IMG/VR virus record: IMGVR_UViG_3300020042_003206
Coordinates: 1 to 25,927 of that record
Length of the DNA: 25,927 nt
Strand: one strand, 5' to 3'
Source: a virus
Lineage: Duplodnaviria; Caudoviricetes
In this document: positions 6,959 through 14,952 of the stretch, in pieces
How the letters are laid out: each line of letters opens with the position of its first letter
Numbering within the stretch: position 1 is the stretch's first letter
Position numbers and translations under genes: made by a program
The notes under the pieces: generated by a model
What the model saw: the letters and a program-made list of their open reading frames with translations, nothing else
Databases searched by the model: none
Told to the model about the DNA's origin: nothing

Positions 6959-7397
6959 GGACGTAATCATCCCCTTCCTGTTCAAGTGGGAGGGAACCAA
7001 GCTCTGTCTTCATAAAGACGATGCAGGGAACTATCGGGATGGAAAGCTCGTTGGAACCAAGTATGGAATAGATGCCAGATCACATCCGAATGTGGACATT
7101 GCTAATCTAACGTATGACGAGGCGAGTGAGATCTACTGGAATGAGTATTGGATCAAGTACGCTTGTGATGACATGGATTGGCCTATGAACCTCATCTTCT
7201 TCAACTGCTGTGTGAATTGCGGTCTATCCAGAGCAAACAAGATACTCAAACTTTCTGGTGATAACCCATCAAAGTTCATCAATGAACAGGAGGCTTTCTA
7301 CAAGAGGCTTGTAATCCATCGACCTCAAAGTAAAGTTTTTTTAAATGGATGGTTGAATAGAACGAAAGATCTAAGAAAAGTAACAGGACGAGCTTGA
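6942..7397 (+). CDS. Endolysin, glycoside hydrolase family 108
   Basis: KWEG...DDAGN...GTKYGI, LTYDEASEIY..EYW, VNCG and C-terminal FLNGWLNR. Confidence 0.88.
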   Translation: MTKLFKDVIIPFLFKWEGTKLCLHKDDAGNYRDGKLVGTKYGIDARSHPNVDIANLTYDEASEIYWNEYWIKYACDDMDWPMNLIFFNCCVNCGLSRANKILKLSGDNPSKFINEQEAFYKRLVIHRPQSKVFLNGWLNRTKDLRKVTGRA

Positions 7398-7422
7398 AGC
7401 TCTCTGCAAGAGCAGTATGGGG

Positions 7423-7452
7423 TACATAGGGGTTTTGGTGCATTGATGTCAA
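7423..7452 (-). promoter_or_regulatory. Candidate antisense promoter facing the lysis cassette
   Basis: TTGACA (7452-7447)-N18-TATGTA on the - strand. Confidence 0.3.
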
Positions 7453-7487
7453 GCCTATAATTTCTTTTCTCTTTTAAAAAAAAGATC

Positions 7488-7517
7488 TTGATATGCCGAC
7501 TCAATCCATTCTATCTT
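7488..7517 (+). promoter_or_regulatory. Sigma70-like promoter
   Basis: TTGATA-N18-TATCTT preceded by an A/T tract (UP-element-like). Confidence 0.5.
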
Positions 7518-7520
7518 AGC

Positions 7521-7611
7521 ACCTCACCAACTGCCGCCAGCAATGGTCGCGGATTGGGGTAAAAGGGAAATCGCTCTCCTGCTTCCTATGAGGCAGGGGA
7601 GTTTCTTTTTT
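7521..7611 (+). ncRNA. Candidate ~90-nt structured small RNA or attenuator leader
   Basis: Lies between a promoter and a terminator, with no credible + strand ORF. Contains an irregular hairpin 7521-7560 capped by CCA-GCAA-TGG. Confidence 0.45.
7574..7611 (+). terminator. Rho-independent terminator
   Basis: CTCTCCTGCTTC-ctat-GAGGCAGGGGAG (12 bp including G-U pairs), then TTTCTTTTTT. Confidence 0.85.
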
Positions 7612-7612
7612 C

Positions 7613-7641
7613 TTGCCATTGATATTTCTCCCACATAAAAG
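7613..7641 (+). promoter_or_regulatory. Candidate promoter
   Basis: TTGCCA-N17-TAAAAG. Shares CCACATAAAA with the promoter at 7899. Confidence 0.5.
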
Positions 7642-7649
7642 GATGGGCT

Positions 7650-7895
7650 ATGACAACTGAATATCCCACACCTCGTACAGACGCTCTCATGGTTGGAGGT
7701 TGTATTGCAATCAACATACTTGAACACGCACGAGTATTGGAAAGGGAAGTGGAAGAGTTGAACCACAGGATGGTCGCAATCAAGAACACTCAAGCCTCAT
7801 TGATCGCCGCAATCAACTCTGCCATCAACGAATACAAAGGCTCTAGCGCAAGTGTTTATCTTGATGGAATCATGGAGAATCTTTTTTCAAAATAA
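7650..7895 (+). CDS. Hypothetical protein
   Basis: TPRTDA...HARVLERE motif, common in small phage proteins, followed by a coiled coil. Confidence 0.7.
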   Translation: MTTEYPTPRTDALMVGGCIAINILEHARVLEREVEELNHRMVAIKNTQASLIAAINSAINEYKGSSASVYLDGIMENLFSK

Positions 7896-7898
7896 TTC

Positions 7899-7927
7899 TC
7901 GACATCCGTATCATCTCCACATAAAAC
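7899..7927 (+). promoter_or_regulatory. Candidate promoter
   Basis: TCGACA-N17-TAAAAC, with ATG at 7938. Confidence 0.45.
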
Positions 7928-7937
7928 ATTTCTCGTT

Positions 7938-8249
7938 ATGACAACACCAACAAAAACAAAAACCAAAAAGACAAAAGCAACCCAGCCGCTTCCTCATGAG
8001 AAAGCGTCTGAGTATATCGGATTAGGCCAACTATTGCAAGATCATGAGAATAGCTTCATCACCATTGAAGAGGCTATCAATGATCACGCTGTTAAGATAG
8101 ACGAGCTAAACAACACCACCTCCCTTCAGAGCGAGGAGATCGCAGAACTAAGGCACTTCATTGACCATAGCATCAATTGCATCTTCTGGATGACAGCTAT
8201 TGGCATTGCAGTCGCAATCACATTCTCAGGAGTGGCAATCTTCCGTTAA
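7938..8249 (+). CDS. Coiled-coil protein with a C-terminal membrane anchor
   Basis: Heptad-like middle region and a hydrophobic C terminus IFWMTAIGIAVAITFSGVAIF. Confidence 0.7.
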   Translation: MTTPTKTKTKKTKATQPLPHEKASEYIGLGQLLQDHENSFITIEEAINDHAVKIDELNNTTSLQSEEIAELRHFIDHSINCIFWMTAIGIAVAITFSGVAIFR

Positions 8250-8254
8250 TCACT

Positions 8255-8386
8255 ATGGAAAAAGAACCATTGTCACTTGAGGAGAAACTTGAGATCCTTA
8301 TGGATAGTTTGAAGGATCTTCGGGAAACGCTAGATGAAGCCATTTCATTCATTGACGATTCAATGATTGAGGCCGACGAACGATAA
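8255..8386 (+). CDS. Small acidic helical protein (43 aa)
   Basis: MEKEPLSLEEKLEILMDSLKDLRETLDEAISFIDDSMIEADER; ATG is 5 nt after the previous stop. Confidence 0.6.
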   Translation: MEKEPLSLEEKLEILMDSLKDLRETLDEAISFIDDSMIEADER

Positions 8387-8406
8387 ACCAACCAACCAAA
8401 AACAAC

Positions 8407-9138
8407 ATGAAAACAGAAACAACACCACAGCAGGAATATTCATCGGCACTTGTTGCCGCTATCGGGGAATTGTCTAATGTCGCCAAGACTGCGGCTAATC
8501 CATACTTCAAGAGCAAGTACGCACCGCTAGAGGCAATCGTGGACGCAACACGCCCAGTTCTTCTAAAGCATGGACTTGCCATCACTCAAGCACCCTTGTT
8601 TATGGATGGAACCGCAGGAGTGGAGACAACGATTCTCCATGTCTCAGGGTACTCCACAACAACGACACTCCTTCTCCCCTTGAAGGATCAGTCGCCACAG
8701 GGAGTGGGTGGAGCAATTTCTTACGCTCGTCGCTATTCACTTGCGGCTGTCTGTGGGCTTGCGACCGAAGACGATCTTGACGGCAATGAGCATCTGCCAG
8801 TTAAGAGGGAAGAGGCTCGTCCAGCAGTAGCGAAGGTAATGGACAAGAACCCATCTGTGCGTCCAGCAGGGGCAGTCACAGGAATTTGGAGGGGAGTCCT
8901 TCCAACAAATACCAAGATTGCCGCCAAGAGCAAGGAAGGAAGCCCGAAGGTATGGACGCTGTATGCGGTTGAGTTCAATGACAGCGGAAAGGTTATTGAG
9001 GCAATGACCTTCGATGAGAAGTTGTTTGATGCCGCCACAGAGTTTGGCAAAGAGGGTACAATCGTTGATGTGGGCGTTGCCCCTTCAAAGAAAGATCCAA
9101 GCAAGTTTGAACTTGTAACCATTACACCCTCCGAGTAA
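8407..9138 (+). CDS. erf: ERF-family single-strand annealing recombinase
   Basis: NPYFKSKYAPL, QGVGGAISYARRYSL and EDDLDG motifs. Confidence 0.9.
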   Translation: MKTETTPQQEYSSALVAAIGELSNVAKTAANPYFKSKYAPLEAIVDATRPVLLKHGLAITQAPLFMDGTAGVETTILHVSGYSTTTTLLLPLKDQSPQGVGGAISYARRYSLAAVCGLATEDDLDGNEHLPVKREEARPAVAKVMDKNPSVRPAGAVTGIWRGVLPTNTKIAAKSKEGSPKVWTLYAVEFNDSGKVIEAMTFDEKLFDAATEFGKEGTIVDVGVAPSKKDPSKFELVTITPSE

Positions 9139-9893
9139 TGAGCAAGAAGCCGAAGATGTTTAACATCGGGACAAAGCCCACTCGCTTCATAGCGGTGGGT
9201 TGCTCCCACGGCAAGTACGCAGATCCTACTGCATTAGATGCTGTTACTAGGGCTAAAGATTCATGGAAACCAGAGGAAGTAATCCATCTTGGCGATTGGG
9301 CTGATACTGCCGCCATGAGGAAGGGAGCCGCAGGGTCAAGTGATGAGTCAGAGCCTATTCGTCCAGACATTGATGGAGGGCTTCAATTCCTTAAGGACAT
9401 TGGGGCTACCATAGCTTTAGATGGCAATCACGAGGTTAGGATTCAGAATCTTAAATCAAGCAAGAGCGCAATTGTGTCTTGCTGTGCAGAAGCAGTTGAC
9501 CAGCATATTGATCAGTATTTAGCTGGTATCAAGTGCAGGAGGATTCCGTATACTGGCATTTACCAAAAGTGGATGATGGCAGATATTACCTTCACTCATG
9601 GCACAATCTTTAATGAGAACGCCGCTAGAGACATGGCAGAGATGTATGGTGGCAAGGTTGTATTCGCCCATACCCATCGCAGTCAAATGGCTGAAGGGAG
9701 AACAAGTAAGGAGAGTAGTGGGTTCTGCGTTGGAACTCTCACTCGTCAGGGAAGTATGGACTATGCTAATTGCCGTAGGGCAACCTTTGGGTGGCGACAA
9801 GGCATGGTTATTGGCGAGGTGATTGGTAACGATTCAGCGGTTTGGCTTCTGACTCGTGGAGAGTTTGATAAAGAATGGAGGTTGCCAATATGA
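9138..9893 (+). CDS. Calcineurin-like metallophosphoesterase
   Basis: GCSHG, HLGDWAD, GNHE, THG and AHTH motifs. Confidence 0.85.
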   Translation: MSKKPKMFNIGTKPTRFIAVGCSHGKYADPTALDAVTRAKDSWKPEEVIHLGDWADTAAMRKGAAGSSDESEPIRPDIDGGLQFLKDIGATIALDGNHEVRIQNLKSSKSAIVSCCAEAVDQHIDQYLAGIKCRRIPYTGIYQKWMMADITFTHGTIFNENAARDMAEMYGGKVVFAHTHRSQMAEGRTSKESSGFCVGTLTRQGSMDYANCRRATFGWRQGMVIGEVIGNDSAVWLLTRGEFDKEWRLPI

Positions 9894-10126
9894 GTGCTAA
9901 TGCATGGGCTGATGCCATTGCCCGATCAATGGCTAAGAATATTGATGAAGTCCCAGAGGACTTTTATACGTCAAAGCAGATTTCTCAAATGACAGGAAAG
10001 GGAATTAGTAGAACAAAAGAAATGATCGAAAGACTTGTGCGAGAAGGCACAGCAGAAATGAAAATGTTTAGGATTAAAACCGCTAACAAGCAATGCCCCA
10101 TACCCCACTACAAAATAATCAAATGA
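9890..10126 (+). CDS. Winged-HTH-like DNA-binding protein
   Basis: YTSKQISQMTGKGISRTKEMIERLVREG; ATGA coupling on both sides. Confidence 0.6.
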   Translation: MSANAWADAIARSMAKNIDEVPEDFYTSKQISQMTGKGISRTKEMIERLVREGTAEMKMFRIKTANKQCPIPHYKIIK

Positions 10127-10335
10127 ACGAAGCAGAATTGACAAAAGAGTTTTATATTGAGCCAGAGTTTTCTTGGCTTGCTGGCCCTTATGAGGAGAAC
10201 AGCAAGACTAATAGGATCATGCTTGATCGTGTATTAAAGGACATGGTGAGGGGTAATATTGAGCATCGTGTTGTGCGAGATCAGATGGGTAGGTTTATTG
10301 TAGAAAGAAGGGGAATGATACTATCAAAACGATGA
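10123..10335 (+). CDS. Hypothetical protein
   Basis: ATGA overlaps at both ends. Confidence 0.65.
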   Translation: MNEAELTKEFYIEPEFSWLAGPYEENSKTNRIMLDRVLKDMVRGNIEHRVVRDQMGRFIVERRGMILSKR

Positions 10336-10562
10336 AAGAGAACGATCCAGTTAATAGTCCATCTCATTACAAGGCTCCAAGCGGTGGAGAGCTTGTAGAT
10401 ACGATTGCTCATCTCAATTACCTGAGAGCTAATGCAATCAAATACATCTTTCGTGCTGGCAAGAAATATCCAGAGAAGGAAGTTGAGGATCTGAAGAAAG
10501 CAATCTGGTGCTTGAATAAAGAGCTTTCCATTATCGAACAATGTCAACAATCCAGCAACTAA
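10332..10562 (+). CDS. DUF3310-family protein
   Basis: DPVNSPSHY, NAIKYIFRAGKK and EDLKKAIW motifs. Confidence 0.88.
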   Translation: MKENDPVNSPSHYKAPSGGELVDTIAHLNYLRANAIKYIFRAGKKYPEKEVEDLKKAIWCLNKELSIIEQCQQSSN

Positions 10563-10621
10563 TCATCGGAACCATGAGTGCATCAGTATTGATGTATATC
10601 ATGGTTTCATTCAGACGATGA
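10541..10621 (+). CDS. 26-aa single-TM peptide (not in the ORF track)
   Basis: MSTIQQLIIGTMSASVLMYIMVSFRR*. It fills the gap and overlaps 10618 by ATGA. Confidence 0.45.
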   Translation: MSTIQQLIIGTMSASVLMYIMVSFRR

Positions 10622-10896
10622 CCTTTAAAAAGATTGGAAACTTTAAGGTCAATGGAACCACTTGGAAGTATGGTTATGGTAATACTGGAGTAACTAATGG
10701 ACTTCAGAACGATGGGCTATGTGCCTATCACACCAAAACCATATACATCAATCCAAAGCCCACGAGGTCACTTGAAGAAGTTATCTGTCACGAGTTTCTT
10801 CACGCTAGGTTTCCAGACCTTTCAGAAGAAGCAGTAGATAACGCTGGTGATATACTAGGAAAAGTTATTAACGCATTCAAAGACTCAAACAAATGA
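10618..10896 (+). CDS. Minimal HExxH metallopeptidase-like protein
   Basis: GLC....TIYIN......EVICHEFLHA...LSEEAV. Confidence 0.75.
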   Translation: MTFKKIGNFKVNGTTWKYGYGNTGVTNGLQNDGLCAYHTKTIYINPKPTRSLEEVICHEFLHARFPDLSEEAVDNAGDILGKVINAFKDSNK

Positions 10897-11078
10897 AAAA
10901 ACTAGAAGATACATTTACCGATTGGTACAACACCATCGGGATCAGAACATACTCACAGCATCATGGATCTGCAAAGGGACATGAAGACTATGCAAAGAAC
11001 GCCTTCCTTGGAGGCTTTTATGCAGGGCTAGAACACTTCAAACAACTACTTGAAAATGATCAGACAGAAGCTAATTAA
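10893..11078 (+). CDS. Hypothetical protein
   Basis: ATGA-coupled, with an F.DWY...AF..G pattern. Confidence 0.6.
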   Translation: MKKLEDTFTDWYNTIGIRTYSQHHGSAKGHEDYAKNAFLGGFYAGLEHFKQLLENDQTEAN

Positions 11079-11718
11079 GACCGATATGGTTCCACCGAAC
11101 CGCTATCGCTTCACAGTCCCAGAGACAGGCATGAAGATTGATGGTGAGTTGTCATGGGACGGACTCCTGTCCAGAGTTAAGGCGCATTATATTGACAATG
11201 GTATTCCTCTCCCCAAGGATTGGATTGAGCGTGTAGAGGATCAGCTATGTAGGCAGTTACCTCATGGTTGGTGCGTATATACTGATGGAACTCCAGCCAA
11301 GGGTACTAGGCCACTCCTATCCGCTGAAAGCATTATTAAGGGTATCACATCTTTGTCCACTATGGCTTTTGATGGGATTAAGGGAGAGGATGTATTTGTT
11401 AGCCAAGAGGAGGCTAATAGAAGGGCTGAGATTTGTTCTCGTTGTTATAATAATATGACAACTAACTTTTGTGCTGGGTGCAATGTAATGCAAAAAATCA
11501 CAAAATTAGTCTCTAGAGTTAGGGGGACTAGAACAACACCTTTAGATGAAAGCCTTTATACTTGTGGGGTATGTGGTTGCAGGAACGAAGCAATCGTTCA
11601 TGTAAAGAGAAAAGTGTTGCTCTCTGGAGAAAAATCCGAGACAACGGAGGCTCGACCAGATTGGTGCTGGTTAAAAACTGAAGACTTAACTCAAGCATCT
11701 GCATCACTTAAAATATGA
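11056..11718 (+). CDS. Cys-rich putative metal-binding protein
   Basis: RRAEICSRC, CAGC, CGVCGC and PDWCW; ATGA-coupled to the portal gene. Confidence 0.75.
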   Translation: MIRQKLIKTDMVPPNRYRFTVPETGMKIDGELSWDGLLSRVKAHYIDNGIPLPKDWIERVEDQLCRQLPHGWCVYTDGTPAKGTRPLLSAESIIKGITSLSTMAFDGIKGEDVFVSQEEANRRAEICSRCYNNMTTNFCAGCNVMQKITKLVSRVRGTRTTPLDESLYTCGVCGCRNEAIVHVKRKVLLSGEKSETTEARPDWCWLKTEDLTQASASLKI

Positions 11719-13949
11719 TTACATACGGACTGAAAGACTTGCAAGAAGGCGAGAAGCCCCCAAAAACAAGGGTGGAGGACGCTGGGTCAGCCCGTGCAAT
11801 GCTTTTCACCCTGCAAGAAGATGATCAAATCGCATCACATCGCCGCAGTCAAATCCAAGGTATTATTGATGGTAATCCTCCCTTTAACGAACAACAGCTT
11901 CGTGAACTTGGTCAGGCAGATCGGATTAATGTAAACTGGGGTCATGCCGAAGCCAAGGTAGAGGCCGCAGTTATTCCTTACTTTGACATCCTCACCTCTG
12001 TTGGTGCGTATGCCACTTGCAAGACTAAGTACGGCAAGGACATGGGCAAGAGGGAGGAGTGGAGCCGAATAATTACCGAAGAGTTCCACAGGCTTCTTTC
12101 TTCATCTAATCCAAACTTCCTTGCACAGCATCAAGTCTGCCATAAGTCATTAGTGATTCATGGTCAGTCCTGTATGTATTTCCCAGACCAGACCGATTGG
12201 AGGGCTAAAGCAATTGAGCCTTGGGCTATGGTTGTTCCGAAGGGATCGAAGGTAGATTGGAATAACTGGGAGTTCTGCTATGTTCTAGACGAGCTTTATT
12301 GCGAGGAGCTTTATTCCTACATTGAGAATAAAGAGGCCGCTGAAAGAGGTGGATGGGATGTGGAGGAGGTTAGGGAAGCAATCATGCAAGCTCGTATTGA
12401 CGAGCAGGATCAACGCCGTCCTTGGGAGTGGTATCAGACAGAGCTTAAAAACAACGGACTTTACTACTCCTACGCCAAGAGCAAGGTCATCAAGATAGCC
12501 CACTTCTATGTCAGGGAATACGATGGTCGTATTTCTCACTACATCTTTGATCGCATCAATAGCACAGAGTTCCTTTGCAAGAAGATTGGACGCTATAAGG
12601 ATTTCTCTAACGCATTTACCATCTTCCTTAATGGAGTTGGCAATGGTTACTATCATGGCGTGAGAGGGCTGGGTCAGAAGGTTTATAAATATGCGGAAGC
12701 AATGAACCGCATGAATAACTCCCTCATGGAGAATGCCATTGTAGGTGGCACGACCATGTTCCGAGCAAGCTCTGCCGCCGATGCCGAGAAGATGAAGAGC
12801 ATTCAGATTGGCCCTTGGAGGATTCTTCCATCTGGGCTTGAACTGGTTCAGCAGAATGTTTCCACAAACTTGGGTGCTTCCATGCAGGTCGCTCAGTTCT
12901 TTAATGCCCAAGAGTCTGATGACATTGGTAGCTTCATGCCATCCGTGGTTAATGGTGGTAGCAGGAAGGGAGCGAGAGAAGTTGAGCTTGAGATGGGCGA
13001 GAAGAGCCGCCTCACCAACACTCGTGCAGAGATCTACTTACAAGCACTTGATGTGCATTACACAGAGGTTTATCGTAGGGCATCCAATCCTAATCTCATT
13101 GAAGAGGATCATGGAGGTAAGGAGGCACTTAGGTTCCAGAAGGCTTGCATGGATAGGGGTGTTCCAGCAGGAGCATTGCTAGACATGGATACCATTAGGG
13201 CCACTCGTTCCATTGGTCAGGGTTCAGCTTCGGCACGACTACAGGCAATGGGGCTTATTGGTCAGTACCTTCCACAACTCCCAGAGTCTAATCGTAAGCG
13301 TGTTATTAATGCCAACATTGCGGCGATTGCTGGACAAACTGGCGTTGAAACTTTCGGCATTCCAGAGGAGGTAAGACCAGATGGCAACGACCTATCCATT
13401 GCATCTCTTGAGAATAATGCACTCCAATCGGGAGGTCAGGTTCTCATTGATCCCGATCAGAATCACGCTACTCACCTTGCTGTTCATATTCAGTTCGGTG
13501 GTGGGATTGTGCAAGCTGTTCAGAACCAACAAGTAGATCCAAGGCAAGCTAATCAGTCTATGCAAGCCCTGCTTCCTCACTTGCTTGGGCATCTCCAGTT
13601 CTTGGAGACAGATCCAACTCGTCAAGACCAGTTCGATAGTATGAATGAGCAGACGAGTGAGCTTATGAAGATTGCTGACCAGTTGGCTAGCATGGCAGAA
13701 GATCTCCAAATGAAGGAGATGGAAGCACAGCAACAGGCAATGGAACAGCAGGGTGGACAGCAAGATCCTCAACAAATGATTGCTATGAATAAAATAGAGC
13801 TTGACCGCTTGAAGTTCCAGAATGACGCTCAGATCAAGCAAGCAAAAGCCCAGCACCAGATGCAGTTACAAGACCGCAGAACGGCGCAGAGGCTTATGAT
13901 TGACAAACTGAAAATCGCTCAGAAATACGAACAGAATAAAAACCAGTAA
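11715..13949 (+). CDS. Portal (head-tail connector) protein
   Basis: 744 aa, largely helical, with a Gln/Met-rich C-terminal extension like P22-type portals. It lies upstream of the scaffold and terminase genes. Confidence 0.75.
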   Translation: MITYGLKDLQEGEKPPKTRVEDAGSARAMLFTLQEDDQIASHRRSQIQGIIDGNPPFNEQQLRELGQADRINVNWGHAEAKVEAAVIPYFDILTSVGAYATCKTKYGKDMGKREEWSRIITEEFHRLLSSSNPNFLAQHQVCHKSLVIHGQSCMYFPDQTDWRAKAIEPWAMVVPKGSKVDWNNWEFCYVLDELYCEELYSYIENKEAAERGGWDVEEVREAIMQARIDEQDQRRPWEWYQTELKNNGLYYSYAKSKVIKIAHFYVREYDGRISHYIFDRINSTEFLCKKIGRYKDFSNAFTIFLNGVGNGYYHGVRGLGQKVYKYAEAMNRMNNSLMENAIVGGTTMFRASSAADAEKMKSIQIGPWRILPSGLELVQQNVSTNLGASMQVAQFFNAQESDDIGSFMPSVVNGGSRKGAREVELEMGEKSRLTNTRAEIYLQALDVHYTEVYRRASNPNLIEEDHGGKEALRFQKACMDRGVPAGALLDMDTIRATRSIGQGSASARLQAMGLIGQYLPQLPESNRKRVINANIAAIAGQTGVETFGIPEEVRPDGNDLSIASLENNALQSGGQVLIDPDQNHATHLAVHIQFGGGIVQAVQNQQVDPRQANQSMQALLPHLLGHLQFLETDPTRQDQFDSMNEQTSELMKIADQLASMAEDLQMKEMEAQQQAMEQQGGQQDPQQMIAMNKIELDRLKFQNDAQIKQAKAQHQMQLQDRRTAQRLMIDKLKIAQKYEQNKNQ

Positions 13950-13950
13950 T

Positions 13951-14490
13951 ATGCCAAACGAACCAAAAGGAATGTTGGATGTTGTTAAAGAGAAATTAAC
14001 TCAAGAAAGGCTTGGAAGCTATGAAACCGATTGGAACACTCCTCTATCCCAAGCAGAAGAAGCTCAATACCAAAAGTATAAAAAAGCATTAGGTGATCGT
14101 GGAGATGATACATATTATGATTTGCGTGGGTATTGGTTGAAGTATGGAAAGGAAGAGGACATCAAAAAGCCAGAAGCTCATTTTACCGATGAGTTCAAAA
14201 AGCCAACTTACGCAACTTTTAGTAAGGACTCCAAGTATCACAACTCAATTAATCCAGATGGATCAATGAATGTTGGTGGAGAATGGGTTGGTGATAGCAA
14301 ATTCATACCATCACCAGAAATGTGGGGAGATGAAAATAAAAAGAAAAGCTTGTTGCAACATCAGAAAAATGAAAGCATGGATTCAATTAGCACAGGCAAA
14401 GGATTTGAAATACAGGAACCAACTGGTTATCCAACTAGTGCTGTAGATCATGTAAAGCAAGCTATGAAAGCTTACGGAATAACCAAATAA
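13951..14490 (+). CDS. Conserved phage hypothetical protein
   Basis: NTPLS..EE..YQ, YDLRGYW, HFTDEFKKP..TFS..SKY and GGEW motif set. Confidence 0.7.
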   Translation: MPNEPKGMLDVVKEKLTQERLGSYETDWNTPLSQAEEAQYQKYKKALGDRGDDTYYDLRGYWLKYGKEEDIKKPEAHFTDEFKKPTYATFSKDSKYHNSINPDGSMNVGGEWVGDSKFIPSPEMWGDENKKKSLLQHQKNESMDSISTGKGFEIQEPTGYPTSAVDHVKQAMKAYGITK

Positions 14491-14495
14491 AACAA

Positions 14496-14681
14496 ATGAC
14501 AACAAACCCCTTTGAATCGGGGCGGCAAGAAATGAGGGAGCAGATAGTTGCTCTCATATACGAGCGATACATATACCTTCGCACGTTTCACGGAAAAGAA
14601 TCCGAACTGGCATTAACACTAAAAAACCTAATCCATTCGATCAGAGACGAAGAGGCTAAAGAAATCCAAAATGACGTTTGA
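14496..14681 (+). CDS. Hypothetical protein
   Basis: 61-aa ORF in the operon with an AAC-rich leader. Confidence 0.6.
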   Translation: MTTNPFESGRQEMREQIVALIYERYIYLRTFHGKESELALTLKNLIHSIRDEEAKEIQNDV

Positions 14682-14949
14682 ACAATGGAGGGCTGATGTG
14701 ACCCTAGCTGTAGAGCTAAAAAAGATCCTGCAATTGCCTGTATTGAAAGCGGCACTTGAGCTAACAGATAGTTTAACTGCGGCTAAGACATTGGGTAATA
14801 CTAATGCTCTAACCAAGATCGCAGATAATGCCGCCGTGTTATTCGGTTTTGATGCAGGAAGGGCATCTATCATTACAGACCTTCATAACCTATCAATTAT
14901 CCCAGAGGAGATTGAAGAAGTTCAACCTAGTTACACAGGAGAGTTTTAA
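14671..14949 (+). CDS. Small protein between portal and scaffold
   Basis: 92 aa, helical, in a position typical of podovirus head modules. Confidence 0.65.
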   Translation: MTFEQWRADVTLAVELKKILQLPVLKAALELTDSLTAAKTLGNTNALTKIADNAAVLFGFDAGRASIITDLHNLSIIPEEIEEVQPSYTGEF

Positions 14950-14952
14950 TTT

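Noticed and set aside
7524-7793. - strand ORFs 7524..7793 and 7586..7789
   Set aside because: They are shadows of gene 7650 that run across a terminator and promoter, with no motifs.
11835-13856. Antisense and alternate-frame ORFs within the portal gene
   Set aside because: They are shadows of a long coding gene, with no independent signals.
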